NCBI GenBank assembly: GCA_002321895.1 | Contig: DCMZ01000012.1 | Span: 5,658-69,657, forward strand | Origin: Bdellovibrionaceae bacterium UBA1609 | GTDB lineage: Bacteria; Bdellovibrionota; Bdellovibrionia; Bdellovibrionales; UBA1609 | Reading direction: 5' to 3' | Length of the DNA stretch: 64,000 nt | In this document: positions 28,603 to 38,129 of the stretch, in pieces | Position numbering within the stretch: the first letter of the stretch is position 1 | Layout: each line of letters begins with the position of its first letter | Translations under genes and position numbers: made by a program | Notes under the pieces: generated by a model | The model's database searches: none | Told to the model about the DNA's origin: nothing | What the model saw: the letters and a program-made list of their open reading frames with translations, nothing else

Positions 28603-29331
28603 CTATTTCAAAGTGTTGAGTAGTTGCTCTGGGTTTTTAACGGCCTTGTAATAGTAGTAGGCTTTGAGTTCTTCGAATTGTTCGGTCGACAAGTCACCGG
28701 AATGACCTTGTGTTTGATTTCGAGCCAACCAGATATGGTAAAAGCTTAATGCCGCAGCAACGGAGATATTAAAACTTTGCGAAAAACCCGTCATAGGTAG
28801 GATGATGTTTTGGTCGGCCAACTCGGTGGCCTCAGCGGAGATACCTTCTTTTTCATTTCCAAAAATAATGGCCGAAGGTTCTGTAAAGTCGATGTCACTG
28901 ATAGGTACTGAGGATTTTAAATCTGTAGCGTAGATTTTGTATCCTCTCTGCTTTAAGTCCTTAATGCAGGTAGCAGTACGGCCATATTCTCGTACATCTA
29001 ACCACTTGTCGGCTCCTTGTGTGACTCGATTTGCTGATTTAAATCGAGCATCCTCCGACTCGATGATATGGAATTCAAAAAAACCATAGGCCTCTGCGGA
29101 GCGCATGGCTGCACTGATGTTCCCACGGTCATAGATATTCTCCATCACCGGTATAATGGAGCGAGTACGGCCTTTAAGGACCTCATCAATTCGGGACTTT
29201 CTCTCTTCAGTGATGAACTCAGAGAGACCTTGGATCACCTGATTGGAGGAAAGTTTTGTATCTCCAACCGGTATAGCACTGCCCGATAGGAATCGGTGGG
29301 CTCTCCAAAATTTTTCCTTCTCTATGGTCAT
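28603..29331 (-). CDS. trmH: SpoU/TrmH-family RNA 2'-O-ribose methyltransferase
   Basis: ENIYDRGNISAAMRSAEAYG, IIFGNEKEGIS and LPMTGFSQSFNISVAAA are the three SPOUT motifs. Size and N-terminal extension resemble TrmH. Confidence 0.7.
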   Translation of the reverse strand: MTIEKEKFWRAHRFLSGSAIPVGDTKLSSNQVIQGLSEFITEERKSRIDEVLKGRTRSIIPVMENIYDRGNISAAMRSAEAYGFFEFHIIESEDARFKSANRVTQGADKWLDVREYGRTATCIKDLKQRGYKIYATDLKSSVPISDIDFTEPSAIIFGNEKEGISAEATELADQNIILPMTGFSQSFNISVAAALSFYHIWLARNQTQGHSGDLSTEQFEELKAYYYYKAVKNPEQLLNTLK

Positions 29332-29335
29332 AGGG

Positions 29336-30520
29336 CTATTTATCCGAAAACATCAAAAATTCAACCGGGATTCCACTGTTTTTGAAGGAAAGAACCCCTT
29401 TGCCTTGTGAGGAGTCAGAAGTCACGATCAATCCCATATGAGAAGGCTGATAGTTTTTTCGTAATGCTTCGATCAATTGCTCATTATTTTTTGTCTGCGG
29501 AGAGCGTTTAAGTCGGGCATTGTAGGGCGGATTCGTGATCAGCCAGAGGTTTTCCTCAGTGTGGGGGAGTTTATATTCCAAACCATCTTCATTAAACAAA
29601 TCGGTTTCTGGGATTGAGGCCAAATTGGTTTCTGCCGCTTTGATGGATTTCGGGTCCAGATCAATCCCAACTAGGTTTTTGAAGGGACTTAAGGGGACTT
29701 CTAGTTCTTTTAAAATGCGTTTTCCAAAATTGGGTATCTGTTTACATATAAAAAAGGAATCAAAAGCGAACGGTCGGAAAAAAAGTGGCTTATATAAAAA
29801 ATATGCCTCTCCTAGAAAGGTGCCGGAACCACACATAGGGTCCACCAGGTTAACAGATTGTGGAGAAGGGCTACAGGAATTCAGCATTTTCAAAAGTAGA
29901 CCAGCCGCGAGAGTTTCTCTTAAAGGAGCTGCTGTGGTTTGCGTTTTATAGCCTCGCTTATGTAAATGGTCACCCGATGTGTCGACACTGATGGTGCATT
30001 GATCCTGATCGAACCGAATGAAAATAGTAGGGGATTGCATGGGTAGTTTTTTTCGAGCGGGTTGAGCCGCACGATATCGTTCAAATGCTTGAAGGGCAGA
30101 TTGTTCTAGATTTTTTTTATGGAAAAGGCGGGAACCATGACTTTCCACTTTGAATTTAGGGGTGTCTTGCCCGCAAAAATAATTCCAAGGTATCTGCACC
30201 AGGCGTTTTTCAAAGTCGACAAAATGAGTGCACTTAAACTGCTCAATGCGCCAAAGAATTCGGTTGGCCGTTTTCAGGCAATGGTTGAGCAAGAACCCTG
30301 TCCCAAGCGGCAAAGAGAGCTCTATACCGCCACTCCATAGACTTAAGTCGGGCTTCAGTTTGGGTGCTAGCTTTTTCAGCCAAAACTGGATTTCCTGAGC
30401 TAAAATCGGCTCAAAATCCAGTGCACAGCTAATAAAGAAGCGTTGGTCGTCTTTTATCCAGTTTTCCTGGGAGTACGTTGCTTTGATCTGTCTTGCCACC
30501 TGTTTAAATTCAAGCCACAC
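29336..30520 (-). CDS. THUMP-domain class I SAM-dependent RNA methyltransferase (RlmL/UPF0020-like)
   Basis: Motif I DPMCGSGTFLGEA and motif IV ITNPPYNARL. The N-terminal roughly 160 aa are THUMP-like. Lies 4 nt upstream of the trmH-like gene. Confidence 0.7.
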   Translation of the reverse strand: MWLEFKQVARQIKATYSQENWIKDDQRFFISCALDFEPILAQEIQFWLKKLAPKLKPDLSLWSGGIELSLPLGTGFLLNHCLKTANRILWRIEQFKCTHFVDFEKRLVQIPWNYFCGQDTPKFKVESHGSRLFHKKNLEQSALQAFERYRAAQPARKKLPMQSPTIFIRFDQDQCTISVDTSGDHLHKRGYKTQTTAAPLRETLAAGLLLKMLNSCSPSPQSVNLVDPMCGSGTFLGEAYFLYKPLFFRPFAFDSFFICKQIPNFGKRILKELEVPLSPFKNLVGIDLDPKSIKAAETNLASIPETDLFNEDGLEYKLPHTEENLWLITNPPYNARLKRSPQTKNNEQLIEALRKNYQPSHMGLIVTSDSSQGKGVLSFKNSGIPVEFLMFSDK

Positions 30521-30566
30521 TAGTAGGGTAGTTATATAAAAATCAACCCGAAAACAGGGAGAGGTT

Positions 30567-31109
30567 ATGAACTTTATAAAAAAATCTATAATTAGCTTAG
30601 GGGCTATGGTGGGAATAATGGGAGTTACAATACCCTCTCACGCTCTTTTGATCGAACCCATTCTTACTTATGGTGCAACCACTCTAGATGTTTCAGGATC
30701 CGACGACAATCCCTCAAACCTCTATTATGGATTAAGACTTGGTACGGATGTGGTGGATTTAGGCTTCGCCTCACTCTTCGTAGCCCTTGATTATAAAACC
30801 GGTGGCGGTGAGTTTTCCATTGGTGCGCCTGTAAATTTAACTTCAGATTTTAATTACACAATGACATCAGTGGATGTGGGATTAGATCTTCCATTGGTTC
30901 GGGCTTGGTTGATGTATATGGTGACAAATAAAATTGCTTTCGATGTATCGGGAGTGGATGACTATGAGGGTGAAGGTGCTATTGGACTTGGTGTTGGTTT
31001 AGGAGTACTTCCATTTGTAGAGATCAATGTGGAATACATTGCCTCTTCTGACGACGATGTAGATTTACAAACCCTGTTGGTGGGCGTGAGTTTACCACTA
31101 GATATTTAA
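30567..31109 (+). CDS. Hypothetical secreted beta-rich protein
   Basis: Signal peptide ...MGVTIPSHA. Gly/Asp-rich alternating strands. No family recognised. Confidence 0.5.
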   Translation: MNFIKKSIISLGAMVGIMGVTIPSHALLIEPILTYGATTLDVSGSDDNPSNLYYGLRLGTDVVDLGFASLFVALDYKTGGGEFSIGAPVNLTSDFNYTMTSVDVGLDLPLVRAWLMYMVTNKIAFDVSGVDDYEGEGAIGLGVGLGVLPFVEINVEYIASSDDDVDLQTLLVGVSLPLDI

Positions 31110-31130
31110 TCTTAATTAAAACTTAACTAA

Positions 31131-31163
31131 AAGGGTCCTCTATATGAGGGCCCTTTTTTTTTA
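31131..31163 (+). terminator. Rho-independent terminator
   Basis: AGGGTCCTC-tatat-GAGGGCCCT hairpin (1 mismatch) followed by T9. Confidence 0.6.
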
Positions 31164-31338
31164 TGAAGTGCCGGACTTTAGAGTCAAATTTTGTCACTTT
31201 ATAAGTTTTCTTACACCCCCTATCCTCGGAAAGCCCCTACAGGAGGGGAAATCTTTTGGAATATGTATTGCTCCATTGTACCTGGATTATTGATGAGCGA
31301 CATGGCAACTGATTGGTAGCCAAGAATGGAGATACATT

Positions 31339-32289
31339 ATGAAGTTACGAACATTGATTGTTTTATTCACCCTTGGATTCACTTTTTCCGCTTCTGGCGC
31401 TATAGAAAATGGTGTCTCGAACTTCCTCTATAGATCCGTAATGTTAAAATCAAACTATCGAGATATGGGGTGTACTTCTTTTGTGGCCCAGAATCCAGAG
31501 TCCGGGACAATCGATGAATTCTCGGCGGCCCATTGTTTTGCAGATGTAGATGAGTTTGATGCAAATGATTCATTCCAAGTTTTTGTTCAGCCTAAAAGAG
31601 TAAAAAAAGATAAAAAGCTGAGAGCTTCCGATGGAGGAAAATACATTGTCTCTAAATCTGAGGGGCACACTGCTCAGTATGAAGTGGCTGTTGACCAGGC
31701 TGAATCTCTTTCTGGAAGAGATATCTCCCAGTTTCCCACAACCTTTTTAGGTGAAGTCCCTCTGGTTATTAATTCCCAGATGCCTCGGGTGGGAGATCAA
31801 CTGCAATCGGTCAGCTTTCCCGGAGGGCAGGGCCCGAGCTCCATGTCTTGCACAGTTACCGGTTTTGCTGCCACTCCGATCATCTATGATAACGACAACG
31901 ACCACCAGCTCAGTTTTGTATGTGCACCTGACTCACAAAAAGGAGAGCCTTTCGGTCTAGGAAGTTCAGGAGCTCCCATGTTTAACGAAGCTGGAGAAGT
32001 TTTTGGTGTATTTCATCGAGAGTACTCCGATAAATACGGTGGTTATCTTGTAACCCCCTTTAGCGCTTTTCGACAGCAAAGGGTGTCCATTGAAAAAATG
32101 CTTACCGGTACTCCTGCGGATAAACTCATCACCGCAGCACATGGATGTTTTGATGATCGAGGAGTGCTTGTAGAGTTGATTTATTCTTTTAATTCACTTG
32201 GGCCAGACAGGCAGCATTTGAGCTTTAAATTGCAGGATAGGGTCTATTCAGAAACCTGGATTTCTGAGGCCAATTGCACAGATCTTTGA
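31339..32289 (+). CDS. Secreted trypsin-like serine protease (S1 family-like)
   Basis: Signal peptide. His motif FSAAHCF and Ser motif GSSGAPMF at the appropriate spacing. Confidence 0.6.
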   Translation: MKLRTLIVLFTLGFTFSASGAIENGVSNFLYRSVMLKSNYRDMGCTSFVAQNPESGTIDEFSAAHCFADVDEFDANDSFQVFVQPKRVKKDKKLRASDGGKYIVSKSEGHTAQYEVAVDQAESLSGRDISQFPTTFLGEVPLVINSQMPRVGDQLQSVSFPGGQGPSSMSCTVTGFAATPIIYDNDNDHQLSFVCAPDSQKGEPFGLGSSGAPMFNEAGEVFGVFHREYSDKYGGYLVTPFSAFRQQRVSIEKMLTGTPADKLITAAHGCFDDRGVLVELIYSFNSLGPDRQHLSFKLQDRVYSETWISEANCTDL

Positions 32290-32502
32290 TTGAATGGAAA
32301 TTGCAAAAATCGTCCTATGCGTGAAATATATACATCGCAACTTTGTTACACACCCGATTTATTGACCTGAGGACCAATCTGTTCATTATAGAGGGCGAAT
32401 AACCTTAACAAACCTGGCTTCGTTATTGCTCATGTAAAGCCTGACCCAATAAACCCAACTCCTCGCCGAGCGAGGTAGACTTATATGTAAGGAGTTTCTC
32501 CC

Positions 32503-35337
32503 ATGAATCGCCACCCCCTTTCTACGACTCTGCGGTATTTCTTATCGCTAACAATGGTCCTAGGTTATCTTCCAGCAATGGCTGGCTCTATGCCTGGACT
32601 CTCTAAATCTCAACGAGCTGAATTGGTTCGCAAGGCCACGTCTGAGTTATCAGCCGCAGAATTAAAGCAATACGCTTCTGCGACTATGGACAGCAGCGAG
32701 ATCGCAGACCTTCAGGTTATTACGGATAACGACATTGCCTTTTGGAAAAAAGTCGAAGTGATTCGAAGTGCCCAAAGAGGTGACGAACTTCGTTTGGTAT
32801 ATTTTATATTCGCAAATGACACCACTTCTTCATTTTTAGCTAAAGAGCTATTAGATGCGGCTAAAAGAGGTGTTCGGGTTAAGCTCATGGTCGACTACTT
32901 TCAGAACTATGCAAAGATAGATCTGTTGAAAGCCATGGAGTTGAACTCTAAAGGTTTAATTCAGGTTCGTCTTTACAATCGACCGACAAGAAATACTATA
33001 TTAGATGCTGCTTACTTAACTCTTGGTTGTGACGGTGAACTTACAAGTAATGCCGACAGAACGGCTTGTAAGAAAATTAAAATTCAAAAGTTGGATGCAG
33101 CTGTGGCTGAAGCCAACGAGCCGATGCTTGATAAAGCGATCAATATCTCTAATATGAATATCGCTCAATCGGGCTTGTTTTTAAGTGGTCTTTATTCAAA
33201 AGATTCAGATATTATGGCTAAAGCGGTTTTGGGTGGTCAGCAAATCGATCTTTCTAAACTTAAAAGTGGTGATAGCGATGAACCAGCTATGACAGCAGAG
33301 GACAAAGAGGGTCTCAAAACCTTTCTTAAGTTAATTTGGAAAGCTAAAACAGCAGACAATCCATTTACTCGCCTTTCGGCTGCCATGCAGTTGAGATTGG
33401 CTTTTTTACTGTTTGGTGAATCTAAGAAGCTTAACCAAATCTATAACGGTTTAACAGGTGTAGTGCCTTTTTCAACGTCTGGATCTAAAGCCTACGGCGA
33501 CCGTCTGACTAAGGATTTTGTAACTGTAGATCGATCTCACTTAACGGATTACACTCACCACAAGCTTGTTATGAAAAATGGTAGCAAGTGGGTCATGGGT
33601 GGCCGAAACGTTGAAGATTCTTACCATGTAGCTAGCGAAGACCTCATTTCTAAGTATATGTTTATGGACACCGATGTAATGGTGACTTTGAAACAGGATT
33701 CGCAGGCGATGAGAGATTCTTACGACAAGATTTTTAACTTTAGAGCCATGGCGGCTTCGTTGAACGAAGTGGCACAACATGCTCCTAACGATCAGGCGGC
33801 GAACTTGGCTATCGTTAAGAATAAATGTCTTGAAGGCTTCCTATCGGATGTTAAGGGGCTCGCGACCAGTGAGCAGCGTACGGATTACTTGAGATCAGCT
33901 GACTATAGATCAGAAAAAAGAACTCCTGAATTCAAAGAAGCTAAAGCGGCTTATCAAGCAGAAGCGTGTACTCAACTTCAAGCTGATTATACTGCGGACG
34001 AGCGACGTGAAATGGCAATGGGTGACCTATTGGCCTTAGCCCAAGAGTATGAAGCTTATGCTCAAGAAAAAGGTCTTCTGCAGAAAGTGTCTGAGAATAA
34101 ATCGACTCTAAAACTAAGTGCTAATGACAAAAAGACGGCTAAAATTGCATACCTTGAGAACATTCATTTCGATAAAGATATGGAAGATACATCTCAGGCA
34201 CGAAGAGTTTATGGCCTCACTGAATACACTAAGCCAAATACTGATGGTTCACAGTCCAATATTTTTGTGAGAGCTATTTCAGCTCCGTTTAAATGGTTGT
34301 TTGCCATCGACAATGAAAAGTCCACTTCTACTAGATACATCCACGACGCTTTAGTGCGCGGTATGGAGAGTGCCTGTGCAAGAAGTCGAGATGGTAAAGA
34401 GCGTGAGCAAGTGATTTTACACAATGCTTATTTTGCTCCACCAAGCAACCTTCTATCGTCTTTCGCGAACATGTTGGATGGTACTTGGGACTGCAGAAAC
34501 GTTGATCTTGTTATCATCACTAACTCCTTCGATACTACGGACTTAACTCCGGTGAACCTTGTAGCACGCCATGCCTTCTTACCTTTGATTCAGTACAACA
34601 ATAGAATCAATGCAGGTAAAAAGAGAGCTCGAGCGGCCACATTGTCTTACTTTGAGTATGAGAATGACGAAAACTTCTTCAAACGTTCTCTTCACTCTAA
34701 GGTGACTGTTCTAGGAAAGAATGACATCATTATTGGATCTGCCAACGCGGATTACAGAAGCTATTTGATGGATACAAATAACGCTTTGTACATCAAAGAT
34801 GCTCCTGAGTTAGTGGCAGAGTACACTTCGGGCTTAAAAAAGTTGATAGCTTCAGCTGATACAAAAAGTCGTAGTACTTCTGAGTTTGAACCAAAGTTAA
34901 TGGTTCCTAAATTCGTAGAACAGTCTAGAAATCAAATCGTAGCTAACGATTGGGAAATCGTTCAGGCTGAGATGGCTAAATACGGAGTAGAAAAGTATTT
35001 AGAAAATCAAGCTAATGAGAGCTCAGAAGGTGAGCAGAGCTACGGAGAATTGATTCTTTACTTCAAAAGCTTACTTGATCTAGCGTATAACAAATCACAT
35101 AAAGTGGTTTCTGTTCTTGAAGACGAAGATGATATCGAAACTATGATCGAAGATAAAATGTATCGAGTGATTAAGTCAGACAATAACAATTGGTATGATA
35201 TGTCATTCAAAGATCAGTTTAGAACCATCAAGGACTCTGGAAGCGTATTAGAAATTAAACCAACTCCTATGATTAAACGTTTGAGAAAGCGTTTTAGAGC
35301 CGGAGAAGAGGTTGATGATGCTTGGAAGTCTATTTAA
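32503..35337 (+). CDS. Secreted phospholipase D superfamily protein (two HKD-type motifs)
   Basis: Signal peptide ...GYLPAMAG. HHKLVMKNGSKWVMGGRNVEDSY and LHSKVTVLGKNDIIIGSANADYRS lie about 370 residues apart. 944 aa. Confidence 0.75.
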   Translation: MNRHPLSTTLRYFLSLTMVLGYLPAMAGSMPGLSKSQRAELVRKATSELSAAELKQYASATMDSSEIADLQVITDNDIAFWKKVEVIRSAQRGDELRLVYFIFANDTTSSFLAKELLDAAKRGVRVKLMVDYFQNYAKIDLLKAMELNSKGLIQVRLYNRPTRNTILDAAYLTLGCDGELTSNADRTACKKIKIQKLDAAVAEANEPMLDKAINISNMNIAQSGLFLSGLYSKDSDIMAKAVLGGQQIDLSKLKSGDSDEPAMTAEDKEGLKTFLKLIWKAKTADNPFTRLSAAMQLRLAFLLFGESKKLNQIYNGLTGVVPFSTSGSKAYGDRLTKDFVTVDRSHLTDYTHHKLVMKNGSKWVMGGRNVEDSYHVASEDLISKYMFMDTDVMVTLKQDSQAMRDSYDKIFNFRAMAASLNEVAQHAPNDQAANLAIVKNKCLEGFLSDVKGLATSEQRTDYLRSADYRSEKRTPEFKEAKAAYQAEACTQLQADYTADERREMAMGDLLALAQEYEAYAQEKGLLQKVSENKSTLKLSANDKKTAKIAYLENIHFDKDMEDTSQARRVYGLTEYTKPNTDGSQSNIFVRAISAPFKWLFAIDNEKSTSTRYIHDALVRGMESACARSRDGKEREQVILHNAYFAPPSNLLSSFANMLDGTWDCRNVDLVIITNSFDTTDLTPVNLVARHAFLPLIQYNNRINAGKKRARAATLSYFEYENDENFFKRSLHSKVTVLGKNDIIIGSANADYRSYLMDTNNALYIKDAPELVAEYTSGLKKLIASADTKSRSTSEFEPKLMVPKFVEQSRNQIVANDWEIVQAEMAKYGVEKYLENQANESSEGEQSYGELILYFKSLLDLAYNKSHKVVSVLEDEDDIETMIEDKMYRVIKSDNNNWYDMSFKDQFRTIKDSGSVLEIKPTPMIKRLRKRFRAGEEVDDAWKSI

Positions 35338-35376
35338 TAGTCTTCCTCACCAATCATTGATTGAAAAAGCCATTCC

Positions 35377-36525
35377 TTAGGGAGTGGCTTTTTTTGTTTC
35401 TAAATATCTGAAAGCTACATCTAGAATTTCCGATAGGGCTTGATCGAAAATCGATTTATATTCAGAGCCGAAATGGGCAACCAGTTCAGACTCTTTAAAA
35501 TGGGTGAGTCCATAATTGTTTTCGGCGCTCATGATTCCCTCTTTGACCTCTAAAATAGTGTTTTCGGCCGAAGGGAAGACAAAGTGATGGCGTCTATAGG
35601 CGTTGAACAGAATCCAGTGGGCCGCTTTATGGATAGGCTCTGTCTGGTTGCCAGGCTGGGATTTGAATTGATTGTTGAATTCAACAAGAAAATTCTGGAT
35701 ATCGGAGTTTCTTAGAACGACCTCTTCCACTGAAAGTGTGTCCTCAAAGGATTTGATATATTTGTTCCAGAGAACTTCACTATGTTGATAATTGTCTTTT
35801 GGGGATCTTCGAGAAACCTGATGAGGGGAGTTGTTGAAGCCAACTTCAGTATAGACTAAGAAGATTCCATCTTCCATAGCTCTATTGTAGAGCTCCTTAG
35901 AGGGATTGATTGTCGTGGGAAAAAACAAGGCGATATGAGAATTATGCAATCGATTGATGCTTGAATAAGTAGTTAAGTTATCCAGATCATTATTTGTGAG
36001 GGTTTTCAGGGCCTCTGATCGACGAGGATCAAAATCTTCAGCCCTAAACGACGCGAGAATCGTATATATTTCCGCATAGTGGTCTAAAAGGGATAGAGTG
36101 GTTTCGACGGGTTCAATGAGTTTTAATTCGTCAACAAAGTCTTCCATTTCCTTTAATAGGAGCTCTAGATGAGCTTTTAGTTGAGAGAGGTCTGTTGCGC
36201 TCCATTTAGTCTCATTGGGCGTGGTCTTAGTAAGCTTAAGCCATTGCTTTGTTAGAAAATGCTGGCGGTGTTCAATTTCTGCTCTGAGTGAGAGTAGGTA
36301 GCGATGTCTTTCTGGGACGGGGAGGTCATCTGTCTTTTTCCCAGATCGGATCCATCGTTTGAGTCTGGAGCTGATGGTCGGAATTGAAAGTTCGAGAGAG
36401 TCCTCGGTGTCCATGGTGAATACCACTGAATTATTGGCTCTAAACAATGTATTGCATTGATTAGAGAACGCAGGTGGTGTCATCAGGAGGAGTCCCGCTG
36501 TGACGAAACTAGGGGATTTTTTCAT
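35377..36525 (-). CDS. Hypothetical secreted protein
   Basis: Start trimmed to MKKSPSFVTAGLLLMTPPAFS (signal peptide). Mostly helical, no family recognised. A hairpin and T run at 35366-35396 overlap the 3' end. Confidence 0.5.
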   Translation of the reverse strand: MKKSPSFVTAGLLLMTPPAFSNQCNTLFRANNSVVFTMDTEDSLELSIPTISSRLKRWIRSGKKTDDLPVPERHRYLLSLRAEIEHRQHFLTKQWLKLTKTTPNETKWSATDLSQLKAHLELLLKEMEDFVDELKLIEPVETTLSLLDHYAEIYTILASFRAEDFDPRRSEALKTLTNNDLDNLTTYSSINRLHNSHIALFFPTTINPSKELYNRAMEDGIFLVYTEVGFNNSPHQVSRRSPKDNYQHSEVLWNKYIKSFEDTLSVEEVVLRNSDIQNFLVEFNNQFKSQPGNQTEPIHKAAHWILFNAYRRHHFVFPSAENTILEVKEGIMSAENNYGLTHFKESELVAHFGSEYKSIFDQALSEILDVAFRYLETKKATP

Positions 36526-36651
36526 GGGTAGAAGGCTACAGTGGGGCATTTGTTTCGCCAACATTGGGTTGGATGATTTACACTTATACCCAAAGTGAAA
36601 AGGAATGCTTATGGATCCCAAAGAATGCGTTGATAGGTGGAGTCGTCCTAT

Positions 36652-37692
36652 CTAGACGGATTTAGGATACCTGTGAAGATGTGTGAGAGTGATCGTGGCA
36701 AAGAGCAAAAAGAAGGCGCCGGATTGGTGCAAGACAGCTAGTTCTAGAGGAACTTTTAAAACAATAACTCCCACACCCAGTAGAAACTGTAAGCAGAGAA
36801 GCGAAAGGGTGAGCAAGACTGGACCACGAACACTCATTTGTTTGGAGTATTTAATGGTCTTAACTATTAGAACTATTCCACATAGGAGCAGACTCCATCC
36901 GAGAGTCCTATGAGTAAACTGTACAGTAGCATGGGTTTGGAAAAAATTAAGCCATGTCGGTTCCAAAAGTAATCCTTCAGCAGGGAAAAATCGACCAGAC
37001 ATGTCTGGAAAGGTGTTGTGTCCATAACCGGCTTTAAGGCCCGCAGTAAAAGCTCCCCAAACGATTTGAAGGGAGAGTAATGCTAAAAACGAAATAGAGT
37101 AGGGAAGAAGGGAGCTTGGCGAGGTGGATTTTGAAGTCCCACGAATCAGATCTAGTAAGATCCAATAAAGGTAACAAAAGATGGCAAGAGCGAGGCAAAG
37201 ATGTGCCGCCAATCTGAAATGACTGACGTCCACTCGATCCACTAAGCCACTTTGAACCATATACCATCCCAAAACGCCCTGGCTGCCCCCTAAGATAAGT
37301 CCTATCCATAATTTTAGAGAAAGGCTTCGGGAGGAAAGCCGGCCTCTGAATTGAAAGTAAACCAATGGTATAAAGTAAACCAGGCCAACCAGTCGACCAA
37401 GGGCACGGTGAAACCATTCCCAGAAAAAAATGAGTTTAAACTCTCCTAAGCTCATACCAGCATTAGCGAGTTTGTATTCGGAAGAGGTTCTGTAAAGCTG
37501 AAACACTCTGTCCCACTCTTCGGCGCTCATTGGGGGGAGGGCCCCCATTATAGGACGCCACTCCACCATTGAAAGCCCCGAGTCGGTGAGGCGAGTGATG
37601 CCCCCAACCAGAACCATCAAGTATACCAGTGCGCAGACAGATCCCAGCCAAATCAGTACGGAGTTTTTAGTTTTAACTTTTGTAGAATTCAT
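36652..37692 (-). CDS. ctaA: Heme A synthase (COX15/CtaA)
   Basis: 8-TM protein with GGITRLTDSGLSMVEWRP and conserved His-containing helices (FHRALG, HLCLA, HRTLG, HQSGA). Confidence 0.85.
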   Translation of the reverse strand: MNSTKVKTKNSVLIWLGSVCALVYLMVLVGGITRLTDSGLSMVEWRPIMGALPPMSAEEWDRVFQLYRTSSEYKLANAGMSLGEFKLIFFWEWFHRALGRLVGLVYFIPLVYFQFRGRLSSRSLSLKLWIGLILGGSQGVLGWYMVQSGLVDRVDVSHFRLAAHLCLALAIFCYLYWILLDLIRGTSKSTSPSSLLPYSISFLALLSLQIVWGAFTAGLKAGYGHNTFPDMSGRFFPAEGLLLEPTWLNFFQTHATVQFTHRTLGWSLLLCGIVLIVKTIKYSKQMSVRGPVLLTLSLLCLQFLLGVGVIVLKVPLELAVLHQSGAFFLLFATITLTHLHRYPKSV

Positions 37693-37985
37693 TGGATGCC
37701 GTTGTAGTAGGTGGAAATGTCCAAAAAGTCTTTTTCATTTAAGTCGTCAAGGACACCATTCATAAGTACGTTTTTACGTTCTCCAGACTTGAAAGCTTTG
37801 AGCTGATTGACCATATAAGTGATTTGTTGTCCTTTGAGGTTAGGCCATTCCGAGTTAGAAGAAACGCCATTGGTCCCATGGCAGGCAGCACAGGTGGCTG
37901 TCATGGTTTTACCTCGTTTAGGGTCGCCCATTTCCTCTGCGTTGAGGGAGAGCGAAAATACGCTTATTATAATCATCCATTTCAT
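37689..37985 (-). CDS. Class I c-type cytochrome (c-552/c4-like monoheme)
   Basis: Signal peptide MKWMIIISVFSLSLNA and CAACHG heme motif. PNLKGQQITYMVNQLKAFKSGER is typical of small soluble cytochromes c. Stop overlaps the ctaA start (ATGA). Confidence 0.8.
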   Translation of the reverse strand: MKWMIIISVFSLSLNAEEMGDPKRGKTMTATCAACHGTNGVSSNSEWPNLKGQQITYMVNQLKAFKSGERKNVLMNGVLDDLNEKDFLDISTYYNGIQ

Positions 37986-38129
37986 GTCTCTGTTTACACC
38001 TTTTTGCGTGAAAAAAGTCAACTTTCTATGAGTACAGATTTATAAAAACAATTTGAAAAAGTACTGAAATTAATTAAAAATTTTATTTTGTGCGGCATTT
38101 AAATAATATCCACATCGCGAGTCCACCGA

